Source of the DNA: Chitinophaga pinensis
Lineage (GTDB): Bacteria; Bacteroidota; Bacteroidia; UKL13-3
NCBI GenBank assembly: GCA_945870425.1
Contig: CAMBSD010000012.1
Span: forward strand, 2,923-66,922
Direction of reading: 5' to 3'
DNA length: 64,000 nt
Each line of letters begins with the position of its first letter. Position 1 is the stretch's first letter. The notes below the pieces were generated by a model. That model ran no database searches and was not told the DNA's origin. It worked only from the letters and a program-made list of their open reading frames with translations. Of this stretch, positions 1-8,602 are shown piece after piece. A program made the position numbers and the translations under genes.

Positions 1-810
1 GTGAGCTATTTGCGAAGCAATATGCTCACTTAAGGTTGCCATTTTTTCTTGCTCACTTATGTCCAAATGCTTCTTAACGATGGGCCAAAAGTCAGAGTTA
101 ATCCATTCGCGACCCAATGATTTGGCTGCTGTTATTTTGTAAAAAGGTAATTGGTTTAATTCATTCAAAAGTATATCATCCGCATCTGCACTTTTAGCAA
201 TCTCTCCCCCACTATCATATGGCACTTCAAGCCATCGTGCTATTCTGTTAAAAACAATATTACATGGGCAAATATCAAAGGCCTTTACAGCCTCGTTTTG
301 TGTGAATGAAATATTGGCTATGCCTCCTAAATTTAAGCAAGCATCATACTCAGAAAAAAGCAATTTATCGCCAATAGGAACCAATGGAGCACCTTGACCG
401 CCAAGGATCACATCCATGTTTCTAAAATTATTTACTACTGGCAAACCTGTTTCTGCACTTATCGCTGCCCCATCTCCAATTTGGGCTGTAAAGCCACTTT
501 CGGGTTGATGAAAAATGGTATGCCCATGAGAAGCAATAAAATCAACTGTAAGGTTATTGGTTTTGATAAATTGACGAATTAACATTCCAAGGTATCGGCC
601 GTAATAGGCATCCGTTTTAGGATAAATTTCGATAGGTTGTTTGTATAGCTGAGATAAGCGTACCCTCCATTTCTCGTCATAGGGAATGGTTTCAGCTGCC
701 TTAATATCGTAGCTCCAAACTCGGTTGTTATAGACAAATTCACAATAAGCCAAATCAACCCCATCCATTGATGAGCCGCTCATGAGGCCTATTACTTTGT
801 ATGTGTTCAT
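1..810 (-). CDS. anmK: anhydro-N-acetylmuramic acid kinase; C-terminal end lies beyond the window edge
   Basis: Hand translation of the minus strand from ATG (810-808) gives MNTYKVIGLMSGSSMDGVDLAYCEF..ASHGHTIFHQPESGFTAQIGDG..ILGGQGAPLVPIGD. The frame stays open to base 1, so it is absent from the ORF track. Confidence 0.85.
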   Translation of the reverse strand, partial: MNTYKVIGLMSGSSMDGVDLAYCEFVYNNRVWSYDIKAAETIPYDEKWRVRLSQLYKQPIEIYPKTDAYYGRYLGMLIRQFIKTNNLTVDFIASHGHTIFHQPESGFTAQIGDGAAISAETGLPVVNNFRNMDVILGGQGAPLVPIGDKLLFSEYDACLNLGGIANISFTQNEAVKAFDICPCNIVFNRIARWLEVPYDSGGEIAKSADADDILLNELNQLPFYKITAAKSLGREWINSDFWPIVKKHLDISEQEKMATLSEHIASQIAH

Positions 811-913
811 TATCTATAAATTATGAAGTGGCGAAGTTATTATTTTAAATAAGATTTGCTATTTGACTTATATTATTTGAAAATTAGTATTTTTGATTAC
901 AATTGTTTCGATC

Positions 914-2194
914 ATGAGCAGCACAAGAAAAAATTTCATCAAACAAGTATCAGCCGCAACCCTTGCTGGAGTAAGCCTACAAGGACTTGCTAAATCGAGT
1001 ATCATACATCAAATATCAGCTGCTCATAAAACCATTGCACATGATGATGAAAGCTATTGGAAAACCGTAAGACAATTGTTTCCGCTCACTAAAGACCTGG
1101 CTTATTTAAACAATGGAACCATGGGCCCTTCGCCCTACCCAGTGATTGAAGCCATGCGCAGGGCTATGATGGATTGTGACCAATTGGGGAACTATGGAGG
1201 TTGGGAAGCAACAGCTAGCAAACTAGCCAAATTTGTAAATGTGAATGATGATGAAATCGCACTTACGCATAATGTAACAGAAGGTATCAATATAGCATGT
1301 TGGGGTTTACCCCTAAAAAAAGGTGATGAAGTAATCATGACTACCCATGAACATGTTGGAGGTGCATTCCCATGGCTTAATAGGAGAAAACTTCATGGTA
1401 TAGTTATCAAGACTTTTACACCTGCTTCAACGGCAAGTGAAACCTTAAACCTGATTTCATCTCTCATCAATAAAAAAACAAGAGCCATCGTTGTACCTCA
1501 TATTCCTTGCACTCAAGGACAAATTTTGCCCGCGAAAGAAATCTGTACTCTAGCCAAAGATAAAGGCCTTTTTTCTATAATTGATGGCGCTCATGGTGCG
1601 GGTATGATGCCCCTAAATCTTCACGATATGGGTTGTGATGTATATGCAAGTTGTTGCCATAAGTGGATGCTTGGACCTAAAGGCACAGGCTTCTTGTATG
1701 TAAGGAAAGAATTTCAAGACACGCTTCAGCCTTATTTTGTGGGTGGTGGAAGTGATAATGCCAAATGGAATATGATGACTGCCGTGCCTGAAATGGGTGA
1801 TTATGCACCAAGTGCCCATAGGTATTATGGTGCCACACAATCCATTGGTTTGTACAAAGGAGTGGAAGCTTCTATAGATTTTATTGAAACCATAGGTCAA
1901 GAAAATATATGTAGCAGGATAAAAGCGCTAGGTAAATACGCACAAGACCAGTTGCTTAAATATTCAGACAAATTAGACGTAATTACCCCAACTGAAGAAC
2001 AATCTAGGTGTTCAATTATGGGGTTTAAAATGAAATCGGTTGAGTATATGAAGTTTTATAATACTTGTGCCGAAAACAAAGTGAGAATAAGAGCAGTACA
2101 CGAAAATGGACTTGATTCATTGCGTGTATCTACTCATATTTATAATACTACAAATGATGTAGATAAGCTAATTGAATTAATTAAAAAGGCTTAG
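914..2194 (+). CDS. class V aminotransferase-fold PLP enzyme (cysteine desulfurase / isopenicillin-N epimerase-like) with a Tat-like leader
   Basis: ORF 893..2194; the ATG at 914 is preferred over the TTG at 893. The N-terminus STRKNFIKQVSAATLAGVSLQG resembles a twin-arginine leader (RK variant). PLP-lysine context is SCCHKWMLGPKGTG. Confidence 0.75.
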   Translation: MSSTRKNFIKQVSAATLAGVSLQGLAKSSIIHQISAAHKTIAHDDESYWKTVRQLFPLTKDLAYLNNGTMGPSPYPVIEAMRRAMMDCDQLGNYGGWEATASKLAKFVNVNDDEIALTHNVTEGINIACWGLPLKKGDEVIMTTHEHVGGAFPWLNRRKLHGIVIKTFTPASTASETLNLISSLINKKTRAIVVPHIPCTQGQILPAKEICTLAKDKGLFSIIDGAHGAGMMPLNLHDMGCDVYASCCHKWMLGPKGTGFLYVRKEFQDTLQPYFVGGGSDNAKWNMMTAVPEMGDYAPSAHRYYGATQSIGLYKGVEASIDFIETIGQENICSRIKALGKYAQDQLLKYSDKLDVITPTEEQSRCSIMGFKMKSVEYMKFYNTCAENKVRIRAVHENGLDSLRVSTHIYNTTNDVDKLIELIKKA

Positions 2195-2198
2195 CAGA

Positions 2199-2405
2199 TT
2201 AAGATTCCGGTTTATTCACCCATTTTCCATTTTTTGATTCACCATAAATAATTACATCTTTTATACCCTCTAAATCCTTTGCGGCTTGTATCATTTCTTC
2301 TTTGGTTTCTTTTCTTAATTTAATACCCGTTTTTGAGCCCTTATTTCTTACTTCAATGTAAAATCCATTTTTAAATTTTACAGGTTTTGTTCTTGGTCTT
2401 GCCAT
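2199..2405 (-). CDS. small basic hypothetical protein (68 aa)
   Basis: Intact Lys/Arg-rich ORF that fills the intergenic space. No motif recognised. Confidence 0.4.
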   Translation of the reverse strand: MARPRTKPVKFKNGFYIEVRNKGSKTGIKLRKETKEEMIQAAKDLEGIKDVIIYGESKNGKWVNKPES

Positions 2406-2669
2406 TTTTACTATTATTAACGTTTAATAATTACAAATACACTTTATATTATCCATTAATAACTAGGCATTTAATATGTATTGGTATGTAATTTTGCTGT
2501 GAATGTAATGTAATTATATGAAATAAACGCTATCGAGTGTGATAATATTTTAAAATCCACAGATAAAAGGCAAAAAATCGCTATTCAAATAAACTAAACA
2601 GATTGATAATATGTATTGCCAATTGGGGTATTTGCAATACTTTTGCCGTAAGAATTTTTATTGAATAAA

Positions 2670-4331
2670 ATGAACACAAACATGAGTTTATACGAAAAAC
2701 ATAAATCCACCCTAGATGCAGCTATTAAAGCATTAGGCGAACGCACCTATTATACACCTTATCCTGAAAACCCTAAGGCCTATGCTGAAGATGCTGATGC
2801 CAAAGCTAAAGCTTGGATAAGCACTACGATGAACAACGATTTTAAATCCTTGTCTCAAATCAATGAAGCGGGCTGGCATGGTGAAGAAGTATCTCCTTTC
2901 TTACAAGTGGGAATTGGTGTTAAATATCCTACCTTTTCAGTTGATAATTTAATAGCTAATGCCAAGCATGCACAAAAAAACTGGTCTGTAACAAGTCCTG
3001 AAACCCGCGCAGGTATTCTGATTGAAGCTTTAGACAAAGTAAGCAAACGCTTTTTTGATATTGCTTATGCCACCATGCACACCACAGGTCAAGCATTCAT
3101 GATGAGCTTCCAAGCCAGTGGACCTCATGCAAACGACCGTGCTTTAGAGGCCGTGGCCATGGGCTATTCTGAATTAACCCGTTTTGTAAAAGAAACAGAT
3201 TGGGTAAAATCTTTTGGCAAATTTGATTTAAAAATGCACAAAGATTTTAAACCTATGCCTAAAGGAATATCAATGGTAATTGGTTGTTCTACCTTTCCAG
3301 TTTGGAATACGGTACCAGGTATTTTTGCTGATATGATTACAGGAAATGCTTGTATTGTTAAACCTCATCCAAAAGCGATATTACCAATCGCTATTGTAAT
3401 AGAAGAAATTCAAAATACTTTAAAAGAAAATGGGTTTGATGCGCATATCTGTCAATTGGCAGTTGACGCTTCTTCAGAACCTATAACTAAATTATTAGCT
3501 GAACATAAAGAGGTAAAAATTATTGATTTTACGGGTAGCAGCGAGTTTGGAAACTATATAGAAACATTGCCTAAAACCACATTTACTGAAAAAGCTGGTG
3601 TAAATTCAATGATATTAGATTCTGTTAATGATTTAAAAGCTGTTTTAGGAAATATTGCTTTCAGTGCTTGTTTATATAGCGGACAAATGTGTACTGCGCC
3701 ACAAAACATTTTTGTGAGCAAAGATGGTGTTAAAACTTCTGAAGGTATTGTTAGTTTTGATGACGTGGTAAATGGATTATCAGCAGCTATTGCAGGCTTG
3801 GTAGACAATCCTAAAGCTGGACCCGGAACATTAGGCGCTATTCAAGCTGAAGCTACTTATAAAAGAGTAAACGAGGCTAGAAACCTTGGTGGCAATGTTG
3901 TTCTTGACACCAAAGCCATTAAAAACGAAGAGTTTGTAGATGCCAGAATTGCTACACCCGTAGTAATTTCATTAGATAAGACACAAAGCAGTATATATAA
4001 TACTGAAGCCTTTGGACCGATTGTGTTTGTAATAAAAACAGATGGCATTGAGGACAGCATAGCCCAAGCAAAAGCATTGGCTGAAAGCAAAGGTGCTCTA
4101 ACCTGCGGTGCATATACCACTGATGAGGCAATCAAAACAAAAATTGCAGATGAAATGAATTCGGCTTTTGTTCCAGTTAGTTTTAACTTTACAGGAGCAG
4201 GATTTATCAATTCTCATGCAGCATTCAGCGACTTCCATATGACTGGAGGTAACCCTGCTGGAAACGCAAGTTATACCAACCCTGAATTTGTAACTAAACG
4301 ATTTGTATGGGTAGGTAACAGATATATGTAA
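2670..4331 (+). CDS. paaN: PaaN-like aldehyde dehydrogenase family protein
   Basis: ORF 2661..4331 (TTG); ATG at 2670. ALDH hallmarks FTGSSEFG and catalytic-Cys context SGQMCTAPQNIF. The length (~553 aa) and N-terminus (LYEKHKSTLDAAIKALGERTYYTPYPENP) are typical of PaaN-type ALDHs. Confidence 0.7.
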   Translation: MNTNMSLYEKHKSTLDAAIKALGERTYYTPYPENPKAYAEDADAKAKAWISTTMNNDFKSLSQINEAGWHGEEVSPFLQVGIGVKYPTFSVDNLIANAKHAQKNWSVTSPETRAGILIEALDKVSKRFFDIAYATMHTTGQAFMMSFQASGPHANDRALEAVAMGYSELTRFVKETDWVKSFGKFDLKMHKDFKPMPKGISMVIGCSTFPVWNTVPGIFADMITGNACIVKPHPKAILPIAIVIEEIQNTLKENGFDAHICQLAVDASSEPITKLLAEHKEVKIIDFTGSSEFGNYIETLPKTTFTEKAGVNSMILDSVNDLKAVLGNIAFSACLYSGQMCTAPQNIFVSKDGVKTSEGIVSFDDVVNGLSAAIAGLVDNPKAGPGTLGAIQAEATYKRVNEARNLGGNVVLDTKAIKNEEFVDARIATPVVISLDKTQSSIYNTEAFGPIVFVIKTDGIEDSIAQAKALAESKGALTCGAYTTDEAIKTKIADEMNSAFVPVSFNFTGAGFINSHAAFSDFHMTGGNPAGNASYTNPEFVTKRFVWVGNRYM

Positions 4332-4355
4332 TTGTTTATTTAAACGATATTAAAC

Positions 4356-4388
4356 AAAAAAGGTTAGAAAATTTTCTAACCTTTTTTG
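4356..4388. terminator. bidirectional rho-independent terminator between convergent genes
   Basis: aaaaaAGGTTAGAAAatTTTCTAACCTttttt: a 10-bp perfect stem flanked by an A-run and a T-run. Confidence 0.8.
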
Positions 4389-4407
4389 TTTATCAATAAC
4401 AATAAAC

Positions 4408-5196
4408 TTATTTCTTGCAAAGTTTCATAAGGTTTTCGAAGTCACCTTTGAAAACATTAAAATCAACTCCCCCTCGAATACCATTTACTCTGCCACTTTC
4501 GTTGTGTTGCCAAAAATGCCAAGCGCTATGTTTTTGGTTTAAATCAGAAGTAGCATAATGAGCTAACCACAATGGATATTTTTCAAACTCCTTACCTTTT
4601 AAATAATGCTTATAGAAGCTGTAATTGGTATATAATATAGGAACCATTCCATATCTTCTTTCTGCTAAATCTAACCAACGTTTTACCTTTTGTCTCAAAA
4701 CTTTTGGAGAAGCACTGCCTTTCATTTCGATATCCAAAACTGGAGGTAAATCTTCTTTGTCAATAATCACATTGTTGCTAAAGAATTTGAATTGTTCTTC
4801 TGCGGTTAAGTGTGGGCGGAAGAAATGGTATGCGCCTCTCAAAATATTATTTTTCTTTGCCTCTTTCCAATTGTATTGGAAGTAATCATCTTTTACTGTT
4901 CGGCCTTCAGTTGCTTTAATAAATGCAAATGAAATGGATATATTATCATTTTTGGTAGCACTTACTGCACTCCAATCAATTTCCCTTTGGTGGCGACTTA
5001 CATCAATACCGTGAACTTCATAATTATCTGGAAGAGATATGCCCCATCCTGGGTATGTAGGAGAAAATGTCTTATGTATTTTGCTTGCCACATTGCGGCA
5101 AACAGCTTTAAACGTTGGGTATGAGACAAGCACAAAGGATAACACAAATACAGCCAACACAGACAAACTACCTAATAATACTCGCTTTAATTTCAT
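4408..5196 (-). CDS. glycoside hydrolase family 25 lysozyme (muramidase), membrane-anchored or secreted
   Basis: GIDVSRHQREIDWSAV and FAFIKATEG motifs typical of GH25; N-terminal hydrophobic segment. Confidence 0.8.
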   Translation of the reverse strand: MKLKRVLLGSLSVLAVFVLSFVLVSYPTFKAVCRNVASKIHKTFSPTYPGWGISLPDNYEVHGIDVSRHQREIDWSAVSATKNDNISISFAFIKATEGRTVKDDYFQYNWKEAKKNNILRGAYHFFRPHLTAEEQFKFFSNNVIIDKEDLPPVLDIEMKGSASPKVLRQKVKRWLDLAERRYGMVPILYTNYSFYKHYLKGKEFEKYPLWLAHYATSDLNQKHSAWHFWQHNESGRVNGIRGGVDFNVFKGDFENLMKLCKK

Positions 5197-5358
5197 TTGA
5201 ATAATATTTTTAACAAAAATATGATTTCAAGTTCTTTTATTGTGCCTACATTTAGATGGAGTTAAACCATTTATTGTGCAAAGTCTAAAGAAATGAACAA
5301 AACAATAACGTTGGCAATTTCGAAATCGTTTATCAAAAATAAAAATAAATTATTTGAA

Positions 5359-5386
5359 TTTGAAATACATTTTTTTCATACATTTG
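5359..5386 (+). promoter_or_regulatory. Bacteroidota-type promoter for tRNA-Met (-33 TTTG, -7 TAcaTTTG)
   Basis: TTTG at 5359-5362 and a perfect TAnnTTTG at 5379-5386, 16 nt apart and 20 nt upstream of the tRNA 5' end. Confidence 0.5.
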
Positions 5387-5405
5387 CAGCCCATTAATCA
5401 AAAAT

Positions 5406-5479
5406 GGCGGGGTAGCTCAGTTGGTTAGAGCGTAGGATTCATAACCCTAAGGTGGGCAGTTCGATCCTGCTCCCCGCTA
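5406..5479 (+). tRNA. tRNA with CAT anticodon (elongator Met; a lysidine-modified Ile2 cannot be excluded)
   Basis: Hand-folded cloverleaf: acceptor GGCGGGG/CCCCGCT (G1-U72), D arm GCTC-AGTTGGTTA-GAGC, anticodon loop TTCATAA, T arm GGCAG-TTCGATC-CTGCT, discriminator A. No encoded CCA. Confidence 0.9.
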
Positions 5480-5485
5480 CTAAGC

Positions 5486-5520
5486 GAGGCTGACTCTATT
5501 TGAGTTCAGCCTCTTTTTTT
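5486..5520 (+). terminator. rho-independent terminator after the tRNA (copy 1 of 4 of the same hairpin)
   Basis: GAGGCTGAcTC-tattt-GAgtTCAGCCTC followed by T7. Confidence 0.75.
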
Positions 5521-5799
5521 ATGATATTTTCTGTATATATTCTTTTTTCTGAAATCCATAAGAAAACTTATGTGGGTTATACATCCAACCTTATTAATAG
5601 AATGGCCTCGCATAATTCGCTTGCCACTTAGGGATACACTGTTGCTTATAGGCCTTGGAAAGTAATCCACCTAGAATATTTCCAATCAAAAACAGAGGCA
5701 TTAATTAGAGAGAAAGCTCTAAAATCTGGCAAAGGAAGGGAATATATCAAGAATGAAATTATACCATTTATGAAGGAGGTAGGATTCATATCCGCCCAG
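5521..5799 (+). pseudogene. GIY-YIG nuclease (YhbQ/UPF0213-like), copy 1, inactivated
   Basis: Colinear with the intact copy 2, but codon 37 AAG is TAG (5629-5631) and the normal stop is mutated to CAG (5797-5799). Confidence 0.8.
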
Positions 5800-5836
5800 G
5801 CGGAGGTCAGTTCTCCGCCTCTGGAGGACCCGCTAC
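5779..5836 (+). other. degenerate tRNA 3'-half-like segment (copy 1)
   Basis: Shares GTAGGATTCATA, GGCAGTTC (with the upstream G changed to T in this copy) and CCCGCTAC blocks with tRNA positions 5432-5480, but carries insertions (TCCGCCcAGGCGGA, CTCTGGAGGA). No 5' half is present. Confidence 0.7.
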
Positions 5837-5841
5837 CAAGC

Positions 5842-5876
5842 GAGGCTGACTCTATTTGAGTTCAGCCTCTTTTTTT
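5842..5876 (+). terminator. terminator hairpin, copy 2
   Basis: Same GAGGCTGACTC..GAGTTCAGCCTC stem plus a T-run. Confidence 0.7.
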
Positions 5877-6155
5877 ATGATATTTTCTGTATATATTCTT
5901 TATTCTGAAACCCACAAGAAAACTTATGTGGGATACACATCCAATCTTATTAATAGAATCGCCTCGCATAATTCTCTTGCCACTAAGGGATACACTGTTG
6001 CTTATAGACCTTGGAAAGTTATTCATGTAGAATATTTCCAATCAAAAACTGAGGCTTTAATTAGAGAGAAAGCTCTAAAATCTGGCAAAGGAAGGGAATA
6101 TATCAAGAATGAAATTATACCATTTATGAAGGAGGTAGGATTCATATCCGCCTAG
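5877..6155 (+). CDS. small GIY-YIG nuclease family protein (92 aa), the only intact copy
   Basis: ORF 5856..6155; ATG at 5877 gives MIFSVYILYSETHKKTYVGYTSNLINRIASHN...RPWKVIHVEYFQSKTEALIREKALKSGKG, which has the GIY..YIG, R, E and N hallmarks of the UPF0213/YhbQ-type GIY-YIG domain. Confidence 0.8.
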   Translation: MIFSVYILYSETHKKTYVGYTSNLINRIASHNSLATKGYTVAYRPWKVIHVEYFQSKTEALIREKALKSGKGREYIKNEIIPFMKEVGFISA

Positions 6156-6192
6156 GCGGAGGGCAGTTCTCCGCCTCTGGAGGACCCGCTAC
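6135..6192 (+). other. degenerate tRNA 3'-half-like segment (copy 2); overlaps the last codons of the GIY-YIG gene
   Basis: GTAGGATTCATATCCGCCTAGGCGGAGGGCAGTTCTCCGCCTCTGGAGGACCCGCTAC; the C-terminal residues ..EVGFISA and the stop codon are encoded by this segment. Confidence 0.7.
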
Positions 6193-6197
6193 TAAGC

Positions 6198-6232
6198 GAG
6201 GCTGACTCTATTTGAGTTCAGCCTCTTTTTTT
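6198..6232 (+). terminator. terminator hairpin, copy 3
   Basis: Same stem plus a T-run. Confidence 0.7.
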
Positions 6233-6512
6233 ATGATATTTTCTGTTTACATTCTTTTTTCTGAAACCCACAAGAAAACTTATGTGGTATACACGTCCAA
6301 TCTTATTAATAGAATGGCCTCGCATAATTCGCTTGCCACTAAGGGATACACTATAGCTTATAGGCCGTGGAAAGTTATTCATGTAGAATAATTTCCAATC
6401 AAAAACTGAGGCATTAATTAGAGAGAAAGCTCTAAAATCTAGCAAAGGAAGGGAATATATCAAGAATGAAATTATACCATTTATGAAGGAGGTAGGATTC
6501 ATATCCGCCTAG
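6233..6512 (+). pseudogene. GIY-YIG nuclease, copy 3, frameshifted
   Basis: Colinear with copy 2 but has a 1-nt deletion (tatgtggtatac vs tatgtgggatac) and an insertion (gaataatttcc vs gaatatttcc). No long ORF remains on the plus strand. Confidence 0.75.
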
Positions 6513-6549
6513 GCGGAGAGCAGTTCTCCGCCTCAGGAGGACCCGCTAC
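6492..6549 (+). other. degenerate tRNA 3'-half-like segment (copy 3)
   Basis: Same blocks as copies 1 and 2. Confidence 0.7.
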
Positions 6550-6554
6550 TAAGC

Positions 6555-6588
6555 GAGGCTGACTCTATTTGAGTTCAGCCTCTTTTTC
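6555..6588 (+). terminator. terminator hairpin, copy 4 (distal end of the array)
   Basis: Same stem; shorter T-run (T5). Confidence 0.6.
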
Positions 6589-6738
6589 CTTGCTTTTCGT
6601 TATATATCATCAAACATTGAACTATCAAAACAAAATATTAATTTCAAATTAGATTAGCAACTATGTTGTTCCGTAAATGACAAGGCTAATATATATTTGC
6701 CTTTTACAAAAAACCTTATCAATCAATAATTTCATCAC

Positions 6739-7203
6739 ATGAAAAAAATTCAGATTTGCTTATTGCTAGCTTGCTTCATATTACTATTTGCCTGTTCACA
6801 TTATGATAGCCTTCAAAAAAATGGAAAAGTAAGTGATACTAATAAAAAAAGTCATAACAGTGGTCAAGATTGTATGAGTTGTCATGGGAAAGAAATGAGT
6901 GAAGCTGCTAAAGAAGCATGGTGGAATGTGGCTGGGACGGTTTACAATAGTAATGGAGGATTGAATACCAATGCACGTATTGAACTTTGGACGGAACCGA
7001 ATGCCAAAGGTATAAAAATATTGAGTTTGAATACTGATAGAGATGCCAATTTTTATACTGAAAAAGCTGTCAACTTTAATGGAGGTTGCTACCCAATTGC
7101 TATAAGTGGAAATGATACCATGTATATGTCGAGCAAATTCAAAGGAACCGGATGCAACAGCTGCCACAACAATGTTACAACAAGCAAAATTTTTGTTAAC
7201 TAA
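6739..7203 (+). CDS. small lipoprotein with two CxxCH haem-c motifs
   Basis: Lipobox LLFAC at the N-terminus; CMSCH and CNSCH motifs near the two ends of a 154-aa protein. Confidence 0.6.
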   Translation: MKKIQICLLLACFILLFACSHYDSLQKNGKVSDTNKKSHNSGQDCMSCHGKEMSEAAKEAWWNVAGTVYNSNGGLNTNARIELWTEPNAKGIKILSLNTDRDANFYTEKAVNFNGGCYPIAISGNDTMYMSSKFKGTGCNSCHNNVTTSKIFVN

Positions 7204-7222
7204 TAAACCATAAAACCTCAAT

Positions 7223-8602
7223 ATGAAAGTAAAAATTACACTGTTATTTTTAGTAGGCTATAATTGTTTACTTGCACAAATCCCTCAAGCATTAAATGAC
7301 AATCTAAACCAAACCTATGATAGCCTATGCAATAAACTAAATTTGAAAGGTTCTTCGGCTGCTATTATTATACCGAATATGGGAACATGGAAGAGAAATT
7401 ACGGTATCTCACATATAGGAAAAAGTACTGATACCGAAATGCTTTTTACACTTGGCAGCAATACAAAAACCTATACTGCAACCGTGATTTTAAAGCTGCA
7501 TCAGATGGGCTTATTAAACTTAAATGATACTATAGGAAAATGGTTTAATAATGTAAAAAATGTTATAGGAAGTATTAAAGTCCAACAACTTCTTAATCAC
7601 ACAAGCGGTATTGCAGGCTATACTGATAACAGTGCTTTATGGACAGCAGTAAATACTAATCTTGGAAAAAATTGGACCATGGAAGAAATCTTGCCCTATA
7701 TAGGCACTCCTTCTTTTGCCCCAGGAAGCAATTGGGCTTATTCAAACTCAAATTTTTTGTTGGCAGGAATTATTATAAAACAAGTAACGGGTAAAACATT
7801 GGCAGATGCCTACCGCGCCTATATTTTCAATCCATGCAATTTATCAAAAACATTCCTATTGGCAGATGAGAGCGCTAATATGGATGTAGCGCATCATTGG
7901 AGTGTAAGGATTGGCAATACTTATTTAACAGATTGGGAAAGTCTAGGTCTAAGTTATATAGCCATGAATTCCGTGGCAAACGCTGCTGGAGGGCTTTACG
8001 CAACTGCTGAAGACAATGCTAAGTTTTATAATGCCTTGTTTAATACAAAAATCATCATTGCTGACAGCATGCTAGGAAAAATGAAAACGGTTAGAAACAT
8101 AGGTGGCGGTGCTGGTTATGGACTGGGTTTGTTTAGTTATTCAAATTTTAATGGAAGAACTGTTTACAGTCATGGAGGTACAAACTTGGGTGGCATAAAT
8201 GAGAATCTTTTTGACCCTCTAAACAATTGTAGCATATCAATCTTATCTAATCAAGATAGTGTTTCAAACAATCAATTATTGACACAAATAGTATTGAATT
8301 TACACAAACGGTTAATTTTGGCTAAGGCTAGTATCGAAGACATAGCCAAAGAATCAAGCGACAATTTTGAAGTATTTCCAAACCCTTCAAATGGTAAATT
8401 TAATTTTAGTTTTAAAGGCTTGAATGATGAAAAAATTGAACAAATTTTGTTATCAGATTTGAATGGTGAAAGCATCCAAAAATTCAGTGCTATCGACAAT
8501 GTTATTCAAATGCAATCAAAGCAAAATGGTGTATACGTATTAATAGTAAAACTAAGCTCTGGAAAAACCATTAGCCAAAAATTGGTATTGATAAATGATT
8601 AG
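7223..8602 (+). CDS. serine hydrolase (class C beta-lactamase / DD-peptidase fold) with a T9SS C-terminal sorting domain
   Basis: SxxK (GSNTKTYT) and YxN (YSNSN) motifs. The C-terminus FEVFPNPSNGKFNFSF...GVYVLIVKL..ISQKLVLIND is typical of a T9SS type A CTD. Confidence 0.75.
   Translation: MKVKITLLFLVGYNCLLAQIPQALNDNLNQTYDSLCNKLNLKGSSAAIIIPNMGTWKRNYGISHIGKSTDTEMLFTLGSNTKTYTATVILKLHQMGLLNLNDTIGKWFNNVKNVIGSIKVQQLLNHTSGIAGYTDNSALWTAVNTNLGKNWTMEEILPYIGTPSFAPGSNWAYSNSNFLLAGIIIKQVTGKTLADAYRAYIFNPCNLSKTFLLADESANMDVAHHWSVRIGNTYLTDWESLGLSYIAMNSVANAAGGLYATAEDNAKFYNALFNTKIIIADSMLGKMKTVRNIGGGAGYGLGLFSYSNFNGRTVYSHGGTNLGGINENLFDPLNNCSISILSNQDSVSNNQLLTQIVLNLHKRLILAKASIEDIAKESSDNFEVFPNPSNGKFNFSFKGLNDEKIEQILLSDLNGESIQKFSAIDNVIQMQSKQNGVYVLIVKLSSGKTISQKLVLIND

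Larger units (their letters stand above)
5432..6588 (+). repeat. tandem array of 3 cassettes (periods 356/356/357 bp) seeded from the tRNA 3' half
   Basis: Anchor GTAGGATTCATA occurs at 5432, 5779, 6135 and 6492. Anchor AAGCGAGGCTGACTCTATTTGAGTTCAGCCTC occurs at 5482, 5838, 6194 and 6551. Confidence 0.95.

Noticed and set aside
6218-6502. 94-aa ORF antisense to GIY-YIG copy 3
   Set aside because: It exists only because copy 3 is frameshifted. It is antisense to a recognisable homologous gene and has no independent support.
5779-6549. The three tRNA-like segments as additional functional tRNA genes
   Set aside because: They lack the acceptor 5' strand and the D arm. They also carry ~10-nt insertions that break the T arm. 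Only 5406-5479 folds into a cloverleaf.
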